DNA of 64,000 bases from Euprymna scolopes (lineage: Eukaryota). The notes under the pieces were generated by a model. That model saw only the letters and a list, made by a program, of their open reading frames with translations. It did no database searches and had not been told where the DNA came from. The stretch lies in the NCBI GenBank assembly GCA_053919585.1, contig CM132818.1. The stretch is one strand, 5' to 3'. Shown here one piece after another: positions 1 through 13,100 of this stretch. The position numbers and the translations under genes are program-made. The stretch's first letter is position 1. Every line of letters starts with the position of its first letter.

Positions 1-2283
1 TAGTTCAGGACCTATCTGGTTGGCGACTCTCTTTTGAACCCTGTCCAGGAGCGAGAGACAAGCAGCAGATGCACCAGCCCAGATGTGACAACAGTACTCC
101 ATACATGGGCAAATGGTTGCCTTATAGAGGTATAGGATACTGTCAGGCGTAAGTAGTTTTCTAGCATGGTAGAGGGAGCCAACCTTCCTTGCAGCAGCCT
201 TGGCAATGCTCTCAATGTATCTATTCCAGTTCATATTCCCTGTAAACGTTAGGCCGAGGAGTTTAAAAGATGTACTTTCAGGCAATGTGTTCTTGGCCAT
301 TGCTATTGGTGGTAGAGAAGGTTTCTTGTAGTTATTGAAGGAAACAAGCTTAGTCTTAGCAGCATTGAATGTGACCAACCATTTTTGTCCCCATTCCACT
401 ACAGATTGGAGGTCATCCTCTAGTGTTTCTGCCATTTCCTTGGATATGTGTTCATTTGTTTTCCCCTCATATCTGTTATAGAGAGTGGTGTCATCGGCAA
501 ATATACCCATCTCCGAAACAATTTTATCAGGGAGGTCATTTATGAATATCAGGAATAATAGAGGTCCAAGGATAGACCCCTGAGGTACTCCCGCATTTAT
601 GTCATATTGTTTGGATGTACGACCGTCGAGGACAACTTTGATTTTTCTATTACTTAAGAAGGATTTAATTACATTATGAATTCTTCCAGTGATTCCATAT
701 GATCTAATTTTCCTTAGAAGACCATCATGCCATACCCTGTCAAAAGTCTTAGATATATCAAGGGCCACCGCTCTACCCGCCCCTGTTTTGTCCAATGAAC
801 GGTATATACGTTCAGAAACTATAGTTAAGATATCTGCTGTTGAACGGGCTTGCCTGAATCCATATTGTTTGTCAGTCAGGAGTTTAGCAGCTGTTAGGTG
901 CTGGACTAGGACTTGATTAACTAAGGACTCAAATATTTTGGCGAAAAGCGGGAGGAGGCTAATGGGGCGATAATTTAGTGGGTCAGTTCTTTCACCAGAA
1001 TTCTTGAAGACTGGTACCACAGAGGCGGTTTTCCAGCAGTCGGGAAAACAAGATTCGTTAAGGCATTTATTGTAAAGTTTGGACAGAACTGGAGCAACCT
1101 CGGCAGAGCATTTTTTTAATAGCACAGCCGGGATGAGATCTGGTCCACATGCTTTTGAGGTGTCTAGGTTTTTTATAATAGCATGTACCTGAGAAGGGGT
1201 GATTTTCAAATCGTCTAGTGTGGCGTCTGTTCGCAGAGGAAAATCAGGGAGTTAGTGGTGTACCGAGTTCAGTGTGGAGTTTGAGGCAAACCGACTGGCA
1301 AGCAGATTAACCTTGTCAGTTGCCGTGCAAGCAACCTCATGATTGTTTGATAGTGGGGGAATAGTTGACTGTCCATTATTTACTATGCTGTTGTAGATTT
1401 TCCAAAAATCCTGGGTTCCTAATTTCTGTGCTTCAATGCGTTTTCTGGTGGTTTCAGAGTAATCTGTCTTAGCTGTCTCTATTACTCTCTTACAATTATT
1501 TCTAGCTTCTTTAAACTTCTGTTTTTTTGAGCTGGACTTATGTCGGTTGAATCTGCGGAACGCATGCTGCCTTTGACAAATGGCAGCTGCACAAGCAGAA
1601 GTAAACCATTGGGGAGAGTGGAGCTTGCTATAGAATTTCTGTGCGGGAACGTGCTTCAATAGCAGTTTTGAACCATTCAGTGGTCTCATTTGCACACTGT
1701 TCCGCTGGAAGAGTAAAGATATTTTGCCATGGGGCATCTCTGATGAGCTCCCTGATGGCTTGCCAATCAGCCTTTTTGTAATACCTCGTTGTTTTGAGTA
1801 GTGAGTCTTCAGTTTTAGGGCGAGAATTTAGGCTGATTTCTACCATTATCACAGCGTGATCAGCATTCCCGAGTGGGCTGTGGGCATTTCTTGTACAGTC
1901 ATTGGGAACCGTTGTCAGAAATAGATCTAGAAGTGAGGCATGTTGATCTTGCTGGTCTGGGAAACGTGTCGGAAATGTAACCAACTGAGAGAGGGAATGG
2001 GATATAGAGAAGCTATGTGTTGCGCTACCAGCTACGTCTGTGTGATTAGAGAATCCTAGCCAGTTACTGTGGTGGACATTGAAGTCACCAAATACATGTA
2101 TTTGTGCGCTAGTATCGAGGGAGAGTGCTATATCTATGCTGTCTGAGACTTTGTTTATTAGGGTACAGTTTTGGTTTGAGGGAGAGCGGTAGAGAAAATA
2201 CAAGTAGCTAATATTGTGTTGCATATTTAGTCTGAAGCACATAAAGGCCTGGTCCTCTAATTCTAGTTTTATTTCTCTAGTCA
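1..2283 (-). mobile_element. CR1-group non-LTR retrotransposon ORF2 (APE endonuclease + reverse transcriptase), 5'-truncated, runs off the window start
   Basis: Minus-strand translation gives EN motifs (HVFGDFNVHH, LLDLFLT, LGNADH) and RT motifs (NYRPISLLP, QYGFR, ALDISKTFDRVWHDGLL, GVPQGSILGPLLFLIFINDLP, GIFADDTTLY at ~478-510, MEYCCHIWAG). One frameshift (~1640) and one stop (1252-1254); the frame appears open from 1251 to the window edge. Confidence 0.95.
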
Positions 2284-2679
2284 GTTATTCCTCTGATTCC
2301 AATTTCTGACATTCTTTTTTCAAAGTTTTTCGGAATTGTTCCTAGTGCTCCTACTATTATCGGTACTATTATTATTATTATTTTAATTCTAGGCTGTTGA
2401 AACATATGTTGTTGAACTAGTGGATATATTAAAGATATCCCCTAGTCGTACAAAATAGGAAAAATGGATTGCTTTGAGGAAGGAATGAACAACGCGTTTA
2501 TTGAAATAAACGAACTAGAATTTATTTCGTGAAGAAACAAATGAAAGAAAAGGGTACAGCACGTGTTTAGTTTGGCGTGCGTCTCTCGCTGTTAGCTGGT
2601 GAGAGAGAAAGTCTATTGTTGTAGAGAGAGAGAGAGAGAGAGTCAATCCAGGCCATGTAAGGTGTACGTACTGTCTGTT

Positions 2680-2900
2680 AGCTCTTGCCCCTACACATAG
2701 TAGCAGGTGATGTGAGGCGCGCGCACTCGCACGCCCCAAAATGGAGCGGTTGGTCCGTCGACCGCTCAGCTAGGGAGCTGAGTCGAAAAAGGAGGAAACA
2801 GCTCAGGTCTCTTGCTTTTATAGTTGTTTCCGGTGGTCTTTTGCGCATGTGTGGATTTCCTTCAAAGGGGAAGTAACGTTGCCCATGTGTGCGTATGTGT
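2680..2900. promoter_or_regulatory. CpG-rich promoter-like or TE-leader segment
   Basis: Locally GC/CpG-rich with YY1-like CAAAATGG, NRF1-like TGCGCATGTG and ETS-like TTTCCGG/GGAAGT; flanked by (GA)n and TG-rich repeats. Confidence 0.25.
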
Positions 2901-3104
2901 GCGTACATGTGTGTACGTTAGCATGTGTGTGTGTATACACGTGAATGTGAGGAGTGTATATACGTGAACGTGAATATATTTACGTGTGTGTACGTGCGCG
3001 CGTATGTGTATGACAAGAAAAATGGCTTGAGATGTGAATGCGTGTTTTAGTGTGAGACTAGAAGGGCTCGTACACTAAGTGTGTGAGAAATTTCGTGAAA
3101 AATA

Positions 3105-3742
3105 GTGAATAATTCCACCCCGTCTTTCCAAGCTGATAACTACTCGAAAAATGTAATTCAAGCCCTAATTCTTTTTTCAATTAAAGGAGCAAGGACCAAT
3201 GTTTCATTAAAAAAAAAACAAAAAAATAAACAACGTGGTTTTTTTTAAAAAAGGTTTTAAACTTCGGACTTTACAGGTAAATTTCTAAAAAACACTACTT
3301 TTTTTGTTTTAAATTTGAATATATTATTTATTGACCCTTTTCTCTTCAATGTGTGATATATAACACTTTGGTGAGTAAATTAATTATTTACTTTTTAATA
3401 GACATTTCAAAATAGGAGGCGTGAATTATTCGACCTCCTGTCTTTCCAAGCTTATAACTACTCGAAAAATGTAATTCAAGCCCTAAATTTTTTTTTTTCA
3501 ATTAAAGGAGCAAGGACCAAGGTTTCATTAAAAAAAAAAGAAAAAACAAACAACGTGGTTTTAAAAAAAAGGTTTTAAACTTCGAACTTTACAGGTAAAT
3601 TTCTAAAAAACACTACTTTTTTTTGTTTTAAATTTGAATATTTATCGACCTTTTCTCTTCAATTTGTGATATATAAAACTTTGGTGAGTAAATTAATTAT
3701 TTACTTTTTACTAGACACTTGAAAATGGGGGGGGCGTGAATG
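3105..3742. repeat. Tandem duplication of a ~319-bp unit (2 copies)
   Basis: TCTTTCCAAGCT..ATAACTACTCGAAAAATGTAATTCAAGCCCTAA... occurs at ~3123 and ~3442 and stays collinear for ~300 bp. Confidence 0.9.
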
Positions 3743-4582
3743 AAAAAAAAACGTTTGTCTAAAATATTATATTCGGTTTATTGGAAAGAGCATAAAATTT
3801 CACATTGACCCTGAAAATATCGTAAAAATAGAATCAATAGAAAAACTTTGATAGATTTTAAAATTTTAAAAATTGAAAAATATTGAGTTCGTAAAATTCA
3901 TTACTGTTTTTAAAAAAATAAAAAAAATATTTCTATTACTTTTAAAACAACTTTAATAGTTTATTTTGGAAGTATAATCCATAAAGAAAATAAACAATCC
4001 ACTTTTAAAAGAGAAATTACGAGTTTTTTATATTTTATTCGCAGTTTCGTGTTAGGGGTGTCAAAAATTCCTACAAAAATTCTGATATACCTACTTGTAC
4101 AGTCGTCGTACAGTCGTACCGTACACATATTAGCAAAGCTAAAAAAAATAGAATTCGATTTCTTTTTAGGCTGGGTTAAAAATACCATATTTTGAAATAA
4201 AAAAAAATGAAATGAAAATAAATCAAAACAGAATTGTGACTAATCATAATTAGTTCGTACTGGTAAACTGAAAATTGTTTGTTTTTTATTTATTTATTTT
4301 TGTGTGATAAAGCGTGGCCTTTCACTTTACGAAGTCCATGAGCCATCCTTTTTTTTTTTTTTTTTTTCCCCCCCCCCCATTTTAGTCTAACAAATGGCTA
4401 AAAAAAAAATATGAAATCAACTTTTTATTTAAGAAGTAAACAGACTCTAGCAATAAGGAAATTGGTTTTAAAAAAATTGAGAGAAAAATCTCGAAGTAAA
4501 AATACAACGCAAACTAGTAGTAACTGGATGAGTGGAGGCGGACTGGAGGAGGAGGGAAAATTTATGAATGGTTGACCGTGAA

Positions 4583-4769
4583 NNNNNNNNNNNNNNNNNN
4601 NNNNNNNNNNNNNNNNNNNNNNNNNNNNNNNNNNNNNNNNNNNNNNNNNNNNNNNNNNNNNNNNNNNNNNNNNNNNNNNNNNNNNNNNNNNNNNNNNNNN
4701 NNNNNNNNNNNNNNNNNNNNNNNNNNNNNNNNNNNNNNNNNNNNNNNNNNNNNNNNNNNNNNNNNNNNN
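4583..4769. other. Assembly gap (N run)
   Basis: 187 consecutive N. Confidence 1.
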
Positions 4770-5304
4770 AAAATCCAGTTGTGCTTGCTAGCCTTAAAAG
4801 GATGAGATAAAAATAAAAATTTTCTCAATTTATGAAAAAACAGATACTCTCTCTCACTAAGAAAAAACAGATACTACACTTTTGGCATGCGGCCCTAAAC
4901 ATTTGAGGACAACATGAAAGTTATGATCTCCACTAGCAATTCTAGTTTTAACTAAACACAATTAGAACCCTTTTTTGTAGAAGAGTTATTCCTTTCATTT
5001 CTTCATTTGTCAATCACTTTTAACAATCACCAAAATACCACATTCTCTTTATACACTACTTAATATATCATCAATGGTTCTTAATTTCATTAAAAAAAAG
5101 AACAATTATGAATAAAATGAATGGGACAAAGAAGAAAGAAAAGCAAAGAAACTAATAACATTTGGAGCAGATTACTAATCTCTTTCCAACCGTTTTTTTT
5201 TCTTCTTCTTCTTTTTTGCTCATTTAGGACTGAAAATAAACAAGTTGATCTCTAAGTGGGGGCATAAATAAACAAAATGGGGATGGATAATGACCCAGTC
5301 AATC

Positions 5305-5307
<3 letters not shown>

Positions 5308-5393
<86 letters not shown>
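5308..5393. repeat. (TA)n microsatellite
   Basis: Direct read. Other (TA)n tracts occur at ~7335, 28391, 43900, 44768, 50240, 51663, 62820, 63217, 63305 and 63456. Confidence 0.95.
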
Positions 5394-5396
<3 letters not shown>

Positions 5397-5934
5397 CATT
5401 GAACGAACTGGAATCCAAAAGGATCAAGATCAAGTACAATGGGTACCATGCTCAGGCAAGGAATAAATAGTCTCATTTGGACCCCCTTTTGGTTGCACAA
5501 GTTTACTGCCTTTACCCAACTTTTGCTAAATTAAATGATATATAATCTCTTCCTATCACATTTAATCTTGACCTTAAGTTGTTACTGGAAGATCCCATTG
5601 AAGAAAAAAAATGAACAATCCACTCAGATATGACGTTTTTTACTAAGAACAGAATCATGAAAGACAATTTGTTTCACTCCAACTCGGCGATGGATCAACA
5701 TATAAACTTGAGTAGAAACTGAATGTGCACAATGCCATCAACTTCATTGACAAATCATCAGAAGGACTGAAATGTAATACACTGAAACGTGTGCTCAGCC
5801 ATTTTCTGTTTCGATATGGTCACAACACGGATGGTGTAAATTGCATTAATGCTTTCACTAACTTTAGTTTCTTTGTTGCTGGGAAGATAAAAATAGTTCC
5901 TTAGACTTCCCACTCGGAAATTTGGTTTTGTGAT

Positions 5935-6148
5935 TCAAATCTGCGTTAATGTTGCTTTCTCCATATCATTTATGCCCAGAAAAATCTAACACTGACAATA
6001 CAAGCATTGAAAACTTATATTCACAAATTATTTTTGTATATTTTTATGTACTAATTTCTCATCACCTACCAATCATCTGAATGCTCCTCATCATACCTGC
6101 CGCTCTTCTTCAAGAATCAGATTACTTTCTCGATGAAGGATAGGGTAC
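5935..6148 (-). CDS. Candidate pair of spliced coding exons (6148-6097 and 5985-5935) of an unidentified gene
   Basis: ttttatcag|52 nt (YPILHRESNLILEEERQ)|gtatga, a 111-nt intron, then gtgttag|IFLGINDMEKATLTQI*. Phases are compatible; no homology recognised. Confidence 0.2.
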
Positions 6149-7333
6149 CTGATAAAACCAATGGTTTAACACATCCTCCAGAATCATTATAATTAAGTGT
6201 AACGACTTCAAAAATCATTTGTAAAAATATATAAAAATTGTAAAAAAATATAAATTATGAAAACCTTTCTGAAAATATATTCATTAATTTTCAAGGAGGG
6301 GGGGTAATCGAAATGAAACTAATATATCTTAGCTATATAGAAAGAAAAATCGATGAGACATTTCATAAAGAAAAGAGAGAGGACTGCTCTTTTTTCATGC
6401 CTCTCTCTCTCTCTCTCTCTTTTTTCTCACTTCTTCTCCATCCCCATCTCTGATTCTCTCTCTAAATATTGATGTTTATTTATACAAATAAATGCAAAAG
6501 TTTTAGTCTTGTGTTTACAAGAAACTTATGGTTTTGGTTCCAAGTAGCGAAACGTAGCAGTTCAGTTGTCTAATCAAGATTTTCTTTTGCATTTACATGG
6601 AATCACATGCAGAGTAATTTCTATGTGCTTTGGCTCGTTAACACTAGCATGTTCTTCTGGCTAAGATCAAAGTGTAGTATCTGTTCTTCAGATGTTGCAC
6701 TTCAATTTCTTGTTCTCTCTCAGTGAAGGAGAAATCCTTCAGGACTGAGACAATTTTTATTTTTGTTCCTTTTCTCCACAATAAAAAACGACCCTGGTGT
6801 CTAACTGTGTCCCGTGGAGAGGCATCGTAAATAGGAATGCAAGCATGTTCAGACTTGCGTAGTAAAACAGAAATGATTAGAACACTTTGTGCATGCACGC
6901 CTTTTTCCTTATTTTTGCCGAAACCGTTTCGCAGCAAATATAAACAGTTCCAGTCAAGATGCCAATGTAACAAGTAATACCATTTGCTTATCTCATAATG
7001 ATTTGGACAGGAAACAACTTAATTTCTTTTCTTTAATACATCACGGCTGAATCAAACTGTCTTATATTCTTGTGTTGTTGAAATTATTAAATTAAAGAAA
7101 TTATTAAATAAAAGAAATTATTAAATAAAAGAAATTGTAGAGAACATGTTTAGTTTTTTTTTTAAATGAAATTCTCGCGATCTTTTTTCTGCCTTATTTC
7201 AAAGAAGGCCAGTCAAATGAATTCAGATTTCTTATATGTTATTGCAGAATAGTTATCTCTGATAAGCATCACACAATTTCATCAAAATTTCTATAGAAGT
7301 TTGTGAAGTGATAGTGAGATGCCAAAGTGCCTA

Positions 7334-7406
<73 letters not shown>

Positions 7407-8534
7407 AGATGTATGTATGCATGTCTGTCTGTATGTAACCACTACTAAACTGTTAAATTATTGGTCACATAAGACTGACATTAAGAAGAAATAGTAATCA
7501 TACACCAAGAACGTAAAATCTTTATTTGTATGAATGAATAATCTTTATTTGTATGAATGAATAATGCGGACAGAAATGTCAGTAAATTGAAAATCAAAAT
7601 GTTCATTTCATCGATTTTATAAAAGATTAAACCGGTAACACAATCTTTCTTTTCGGATCTTGAACTGACAACAACCCCACATGGCACAGACCTGTTCTGC
7701 TCTTGGGACTCAACAGAATTCACCCAATCTTCGGGCCTGGGGTTTGACGCACTGACAATGAATCCAGCATCGCAACCAGACTCTTCTCTTCTTACAACGC
7801 TGTCTCTAATCTGTTGTGTCCATCCATACATTTGGACGCACATTTCTACTACTAAGCTACACACATACTTAGACACATGAACGCTTTTTCTTTCAACAGA
7901 CCTTTCTACTCATTCATCAATGTCTTTACACAGCAACTCTTCCCAATATTAACTCTTTTTCATAGAAACCTATTAACAAAGACTATCATTAAAATTAAAT
8001 GTTAATTGATTAAATGTTAGAATGATACTCTTCTCTTCATTTCTACAAATGGTTTGGTTTTGATTTTAGCTGATGGCACTCAAGTCATTTTCTTTTTTTT
8101 ACTTTCGGAATCAATTAGCTAAATATAATAAAGAATTGGCTCTGTAATAATAAATACAAAATCTGCATGAATTAAAATATGTTATGCATATTTTACAAAC
8201 GGCAAGGTCAGCCCCCAACTCCCGCGCAAGTACAGATATATGTAAAGCAAAACTTGTAAAATTGTCTGACTGCTTTTAAAAATTTATCAATCCATCATAA
8301 ACAAATTATAAATCACCATAACATGAGAATTGTTTCTATGAACACAAACCATTGCAAATAACATTCTATCAATCATGGCATTGATTGATTTTGAAACACT
8401 GGACACAGATTTTAGGATCAATTCAAATAAGGAAATAATTCTTGCTTTTTTTCGACTCCATGAAAAAGTTTAATTTTTTTATTTATTTAAATATTCTTGT
8501 TTATAATATTCAAATGTATAAATTTACAATTTGA

Positions 8535-9270
8535 TTGGAAAACGTGAAAAAATAATGAAAAAGTGGAAAACATTGGAAAAGAAAATGAAAAAGTTAAAAA
8601 AAAAAATGAAAAAAATGAAAAGTGAAAAAAAGTGTAAATTGAATATGTAATAATATGAAAAATTGAAAAAATTGACAAAAAAACAAAAAAGTAAAAAAAT
8701 AGAAAATTGAAACAGTTAAAATAATTGTAAAACATGAAAATGTGGAAAAAATTGAAAAAACATAAAAAGTAAAAAAAAAGAAAAAATTGAATAAAAGGAA
8801 AAGTGAAAATGTTTGGTTTTAAATTCAATATGTAAAAATATGAAATATGAAAAAAAGTGAAAAAAATTGACAAAAGACCCCAAAAAACTGAAATTAATTG
8901 AAAAACGAAAAAGTGAAAAAATAGAAAATTGAAAAAGTGAAAAATATTGTAAAAAAAAAATGAAAATCCGAAACAATTGAAAAAAATAAAAAAGTGAAAA
9001 ATATTGAAAAAAAAAACCAAACAAGTGAAAAAATCGAAAAGTGAAAATAATTGTAAAAAAATGAAAAAGAAAAAAAAATTGAAAAATGAATTAGTGAACA
9101 AATTGAAAAAAAAAATTGAAAAAATTGAAAAAAAATAAAAAAATTTTAAAAAAATAAAAAAGTGAAAAAAATGTGAAAAACAAGTGAAATAGTGAAATAA
9201 ATTAAAACAGCAAAAAAAGTAAAAAAAAAAAAAAAAAAAGCAAAAAGGGTAAAATAAAAAGGTGAAAAAA
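8535..9270. repeat. A-rich low-complexity degenerate repeat (AAAAAGTG/AAAAATTG units)
   Basis: Direct read; it explains the Phe-rich pseudo-ORFs 8487-9101 and 8716-9024. Confidence 0.9.
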
Positions 9271-10120
9271 ATTTTTTTTAACTAAATTTAACAACACGCC
9301 AACCTCTCTCTACTGGTTACTTTGTTTCTAAATCTTTAATGTTTTAATAGAATTAAAATGAAATCTCATTTTCTTATGTATTACATTTTTTATTCAACAA
9401 AGGCATTTATTTAGTGACAAGATTTATAATTGGTTTTATTCTAATTAAAAGTAAAAAAAAAATGTTTTTCCAATTTACATGCAAAGCCAATGTAGCTTGT
9501 CGATGATAACACCAACCAACCCAGGACAATCGTTGGCTTTTATGCCACCCACTTTATATGCTCGAATGCACATGTCTAATATTAGATTTAAGAAAAATAC
9601 ACACATACAAACAAACAAAAAACAGAAAAGGAGAATTTTCAAAACTCGGTGTTGCTCAGTGAATTACTAAAGTAAACTAAGAGTTAAAAATATGTGTATA
9701 ATAAAAATGGCGAAAATAAAACATTAATCTAAATTCTTTAGATAAAAAGAATAAAATATTTAATACATTTTATAAATTTCTTATCGCACTCAAAAAGGTG
9801 TACATATTAAATGAAATTCAGCCAAATCTCAACAATAGCACGTATGAAAACATTGACTGTAAATCTAATAAAAACTCTTACTTCAATCAACACCAAACCC
9901 AACTTGTTGATTGCAGTACAAGAGTGATCCTGTACAATTCTAGGATGTCTACTCTCCCAGGCTTTGCCTACTCTTTTTGAGAAGGAATTAGTTTATTGCT
10001 AATCACCTAACACGCCTCTATTGGGGAATGCTGATAGAATTGCTGAGGCATCTTTTTCAGGGTCGGAGTGCTTCTCCTCAGGTGCACAGACTTTTTTTTA
10101 TTCTACGTTTCGGCCATGGA

Positions 10121-13100
10121 GAGAAGTATTAATGTAAAAAGGGATAACATATAAAGTGGATAGAAGTATTAATCTAAAAAGGGATAACATATAAAGTGGA
10201 TAGAAGTATTATTGTAAAAAGGGATAACATATAAAGTGGATAGAAGTATTAATGTAAAAAGGGATAACATACAAAGTGGATAGAAGTATTAATCTAAAAA
10301 GGGATAACATACACAGTGGATAGAAGTATTATTGTATAAAGGGATAACATACAAAGTGGATAGAAGTATTAATGTAAAAAGGGATAACATACAAAGTGGA
10401 TAGAAGTATTATTGTAAAAAGGGATAACATACAAAGTGGATAGAAGTATTAATGTAAAAAGGGATAACATACAAAGTGGATAGAAGTATTAATGTAAAAA
10501 GGGATCACCTACAAAGTGGATAGAAGTATTATTGTAAAAAGAGATAACATACAAAGTGGATAGAAGTATTAATGTAAAAAGGGATAACATACAAAGTGGA
10601 TAGAAGTATTATTGTAAAAAGGGATAACATACAAAGTGGATAGAAGTATTAATGTAAAAAGGAATAACATACAAAGTGGATAGAAGTATTAATGTAAAAA
10701 GGGATAACATACAAAGTGGATAAAAGTATTATTGTAAAAAGGGATAACATACAAAGTGGATAGAAGTATTAATCAAAAAAGGGATAACATACAAAGTGGA
10801 TAGAAGTATTATTGTAAAAAGGGATAACATACTAAGTGGATAGAAGTATTAATGTAAAAAGGGATAACATACAAAGTGGATAGAAGTATTATTGTAAAAA
10901 GGGATAACATACAAAGTGGATAGAAGTATTAATATAAAAAGGGATGACATACAAAGTGGATAGAAGTATTATTGTAAAAAGGGATAACATACAAAGTGGA
11001 TAGAAGTATTAATGTAAAAAGAGATAACATACATAGTGGATAGAAGTATTATTGTAAAAAGAGATAACATACAAAGTGGATAGAAGTATTAATGTAAAAA
11101 GGGATAACATACAAAGTGGACAGAAGTATTAATGTAAACAGAGATAACATACGAAGTGGATAGATATTAATGTAAAAAGAGATAACATACAAAGTGGATA
11201 GAAGTATTAATGTAAAAAGGGATAACATACAAAGTGGATAGAAGTATTAATGTAAAAAGGGATAACATACAAAGTGGATAGAAGTATTAATGTAAAAAGA
11301 GATAACATACAAAGTGGATAGAAGTATTAATGTAAAAAGGGATAACATACAAAGTGGATAGAAGTATTAATGTAAAAAGGGATGACATACAAAGTGGATA
11401 GAAGTATTATTATAAACAGGGATAACATACAAAGTGGATAGAAGTGCTAATGTAAAAAGGGATGACATACAAAGTGGATAGAAGTATTAATGTAAAAAGG
11501 GATAACATACAAAGTGGATAGAAGTATTATTGTAAAAAGGGATAACATACAAAGTGGATAGAAGTATTAATGTAAAAAGGGATAACATACAAAGTGGATA
11601 GAAGTATTAATGTAAAAAGGGATAACATACAAAGTGGATAGAAGTATTAATGTAAAAAGGGATAACATACAAAGTGGATAGAAGTATTAATATAAAAAGG
11701 GATAACATACAAAGTGGATAGAAGTATTATTGTAAAAAGGGATAACATACAAAGTGGATAGAAGTATTAATGTAAAAAGGCATAACATACAAAGTGGATA
11801 GAAGTATTAATGTAAAAAGGGATAACATACAAAGTGGATAGAAGTATTAATGTAAAAAGGCATAACATACAAAGTGGATAGAAGTATTAATGTAAAAAGG
11901 GATGACATATAAAGTGGATAGAAGTATTATTGTAAAAAGGGATGACATACAAAGTGGATAGAAGTATTATTTTAAAAAGGGATGACATACAAAGTGGATA
12001 GAAGTATTAATGTACAAAGGGATAAAATACAAAGTGGATAGAAGTATTAATGTAAAAAGGGATAACATACGAAGTGGATAGAAGTATTAATCTAAAAAGG
12101 GATAACATACAAAGTGGATAGAAGTATTAATGTAAAAAGGGATAACATACAAAGTGGATAGAAGTATTAATGTAAAAAGGCATAACATACAAAGTGGATA
12201 GAAGTATTAATGTAAAAAGGGATAACATACAAAGTGGATAGAAGTATTATTGTAAAAAGGGATAACATACAAAGTGGATAGAAGTATTAATCTAAAAAGG
12301 GATAACATAAAAAGTGGATAGAAGTATTATTGTAAACAGGGATAACATACTAAATGGATAGAAGTATTAATGTAAAAAGGGATAACATACAAAGTGGATA
12401 GAAGTATTAATGTAAAAAGGGATAACATACAAAGTGGATAGAAGTATTATTGTAAAAAGGAATAACATACAAAGTGGATAGAAGTATTAATCTAAAAAGG
12501 GATAACATACAAAGTGGATAGAAGTATTATTGTAAAAAGGGATAACATACAAAGTGGATAGAAGTATTAATCTAAAAAGGGATAACATACAAAGTGGATA
12601 GAAGTATTAATGTAAAAAGGGATAACATACAAAGTGGATAGAAGTATTAATGTAAAAAGGGATAACATACAAAGTGGATAGAAGTATTAATGTAAAAAGA
12701 GATAACATACAAAGTGGATAGAAGTATTAATATAAAAAGGGATGACATACAAAGTGGATAAAAGTATTAATGTAAAAAGAGATAACATACAAAGTGGATA
12801 GAAGTATTAATGTAAAAAGAGATAACATACAAAGTGGATAGAAGTATTATTGTAAAAAGGGATAACATACAAAGTGGATAGAAGTATTAATGTAAAAAGA
12901 GATAACATACAAAGTGGATAGAAGTATTAATGTAAAAAGGGATAACATACAAAGTGGATAGAAGTATTAATGTAAAAAGGGATAACATACAAAGTGGATA
13001 GAAGTATTAATGTAAAAAGAGATAACATACAAAGTGGATAGAAGTATTAATGTAAAAAGGGATAACATACAAAGTGGATAGAAGTATTAATGTAAAAAGG

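Noticed and set aside
689-916. Plus-strand ORF (and the 12-215 minus-strand ORF)
   Set aside because: Antisense or alternate frames of the LINE RT.
4562-4828. ORFs containing X runs
   Set aside because: They span the N gap.
6718-6750. GAAA-capped hairpin TCTCAGTGAAGGA-GAAA-TCCTTCAGGACTGAGA as a SECIS or ribozyme
   Set aside because: The helix is too short for a SECIS and there is no hammerhead core; it is an isolated hairpin without supporting context.
7481-7876. 131-aa ORF or possible LTR
   Set aside because: No recognisable motif, and I could not find matching TG...CA ends with a TSD.
8487-9101. 204-aa Phe-rich membrane-protein-like ORF
   Set aside because: Antisense translation of an A-rich low-complexity repeat.
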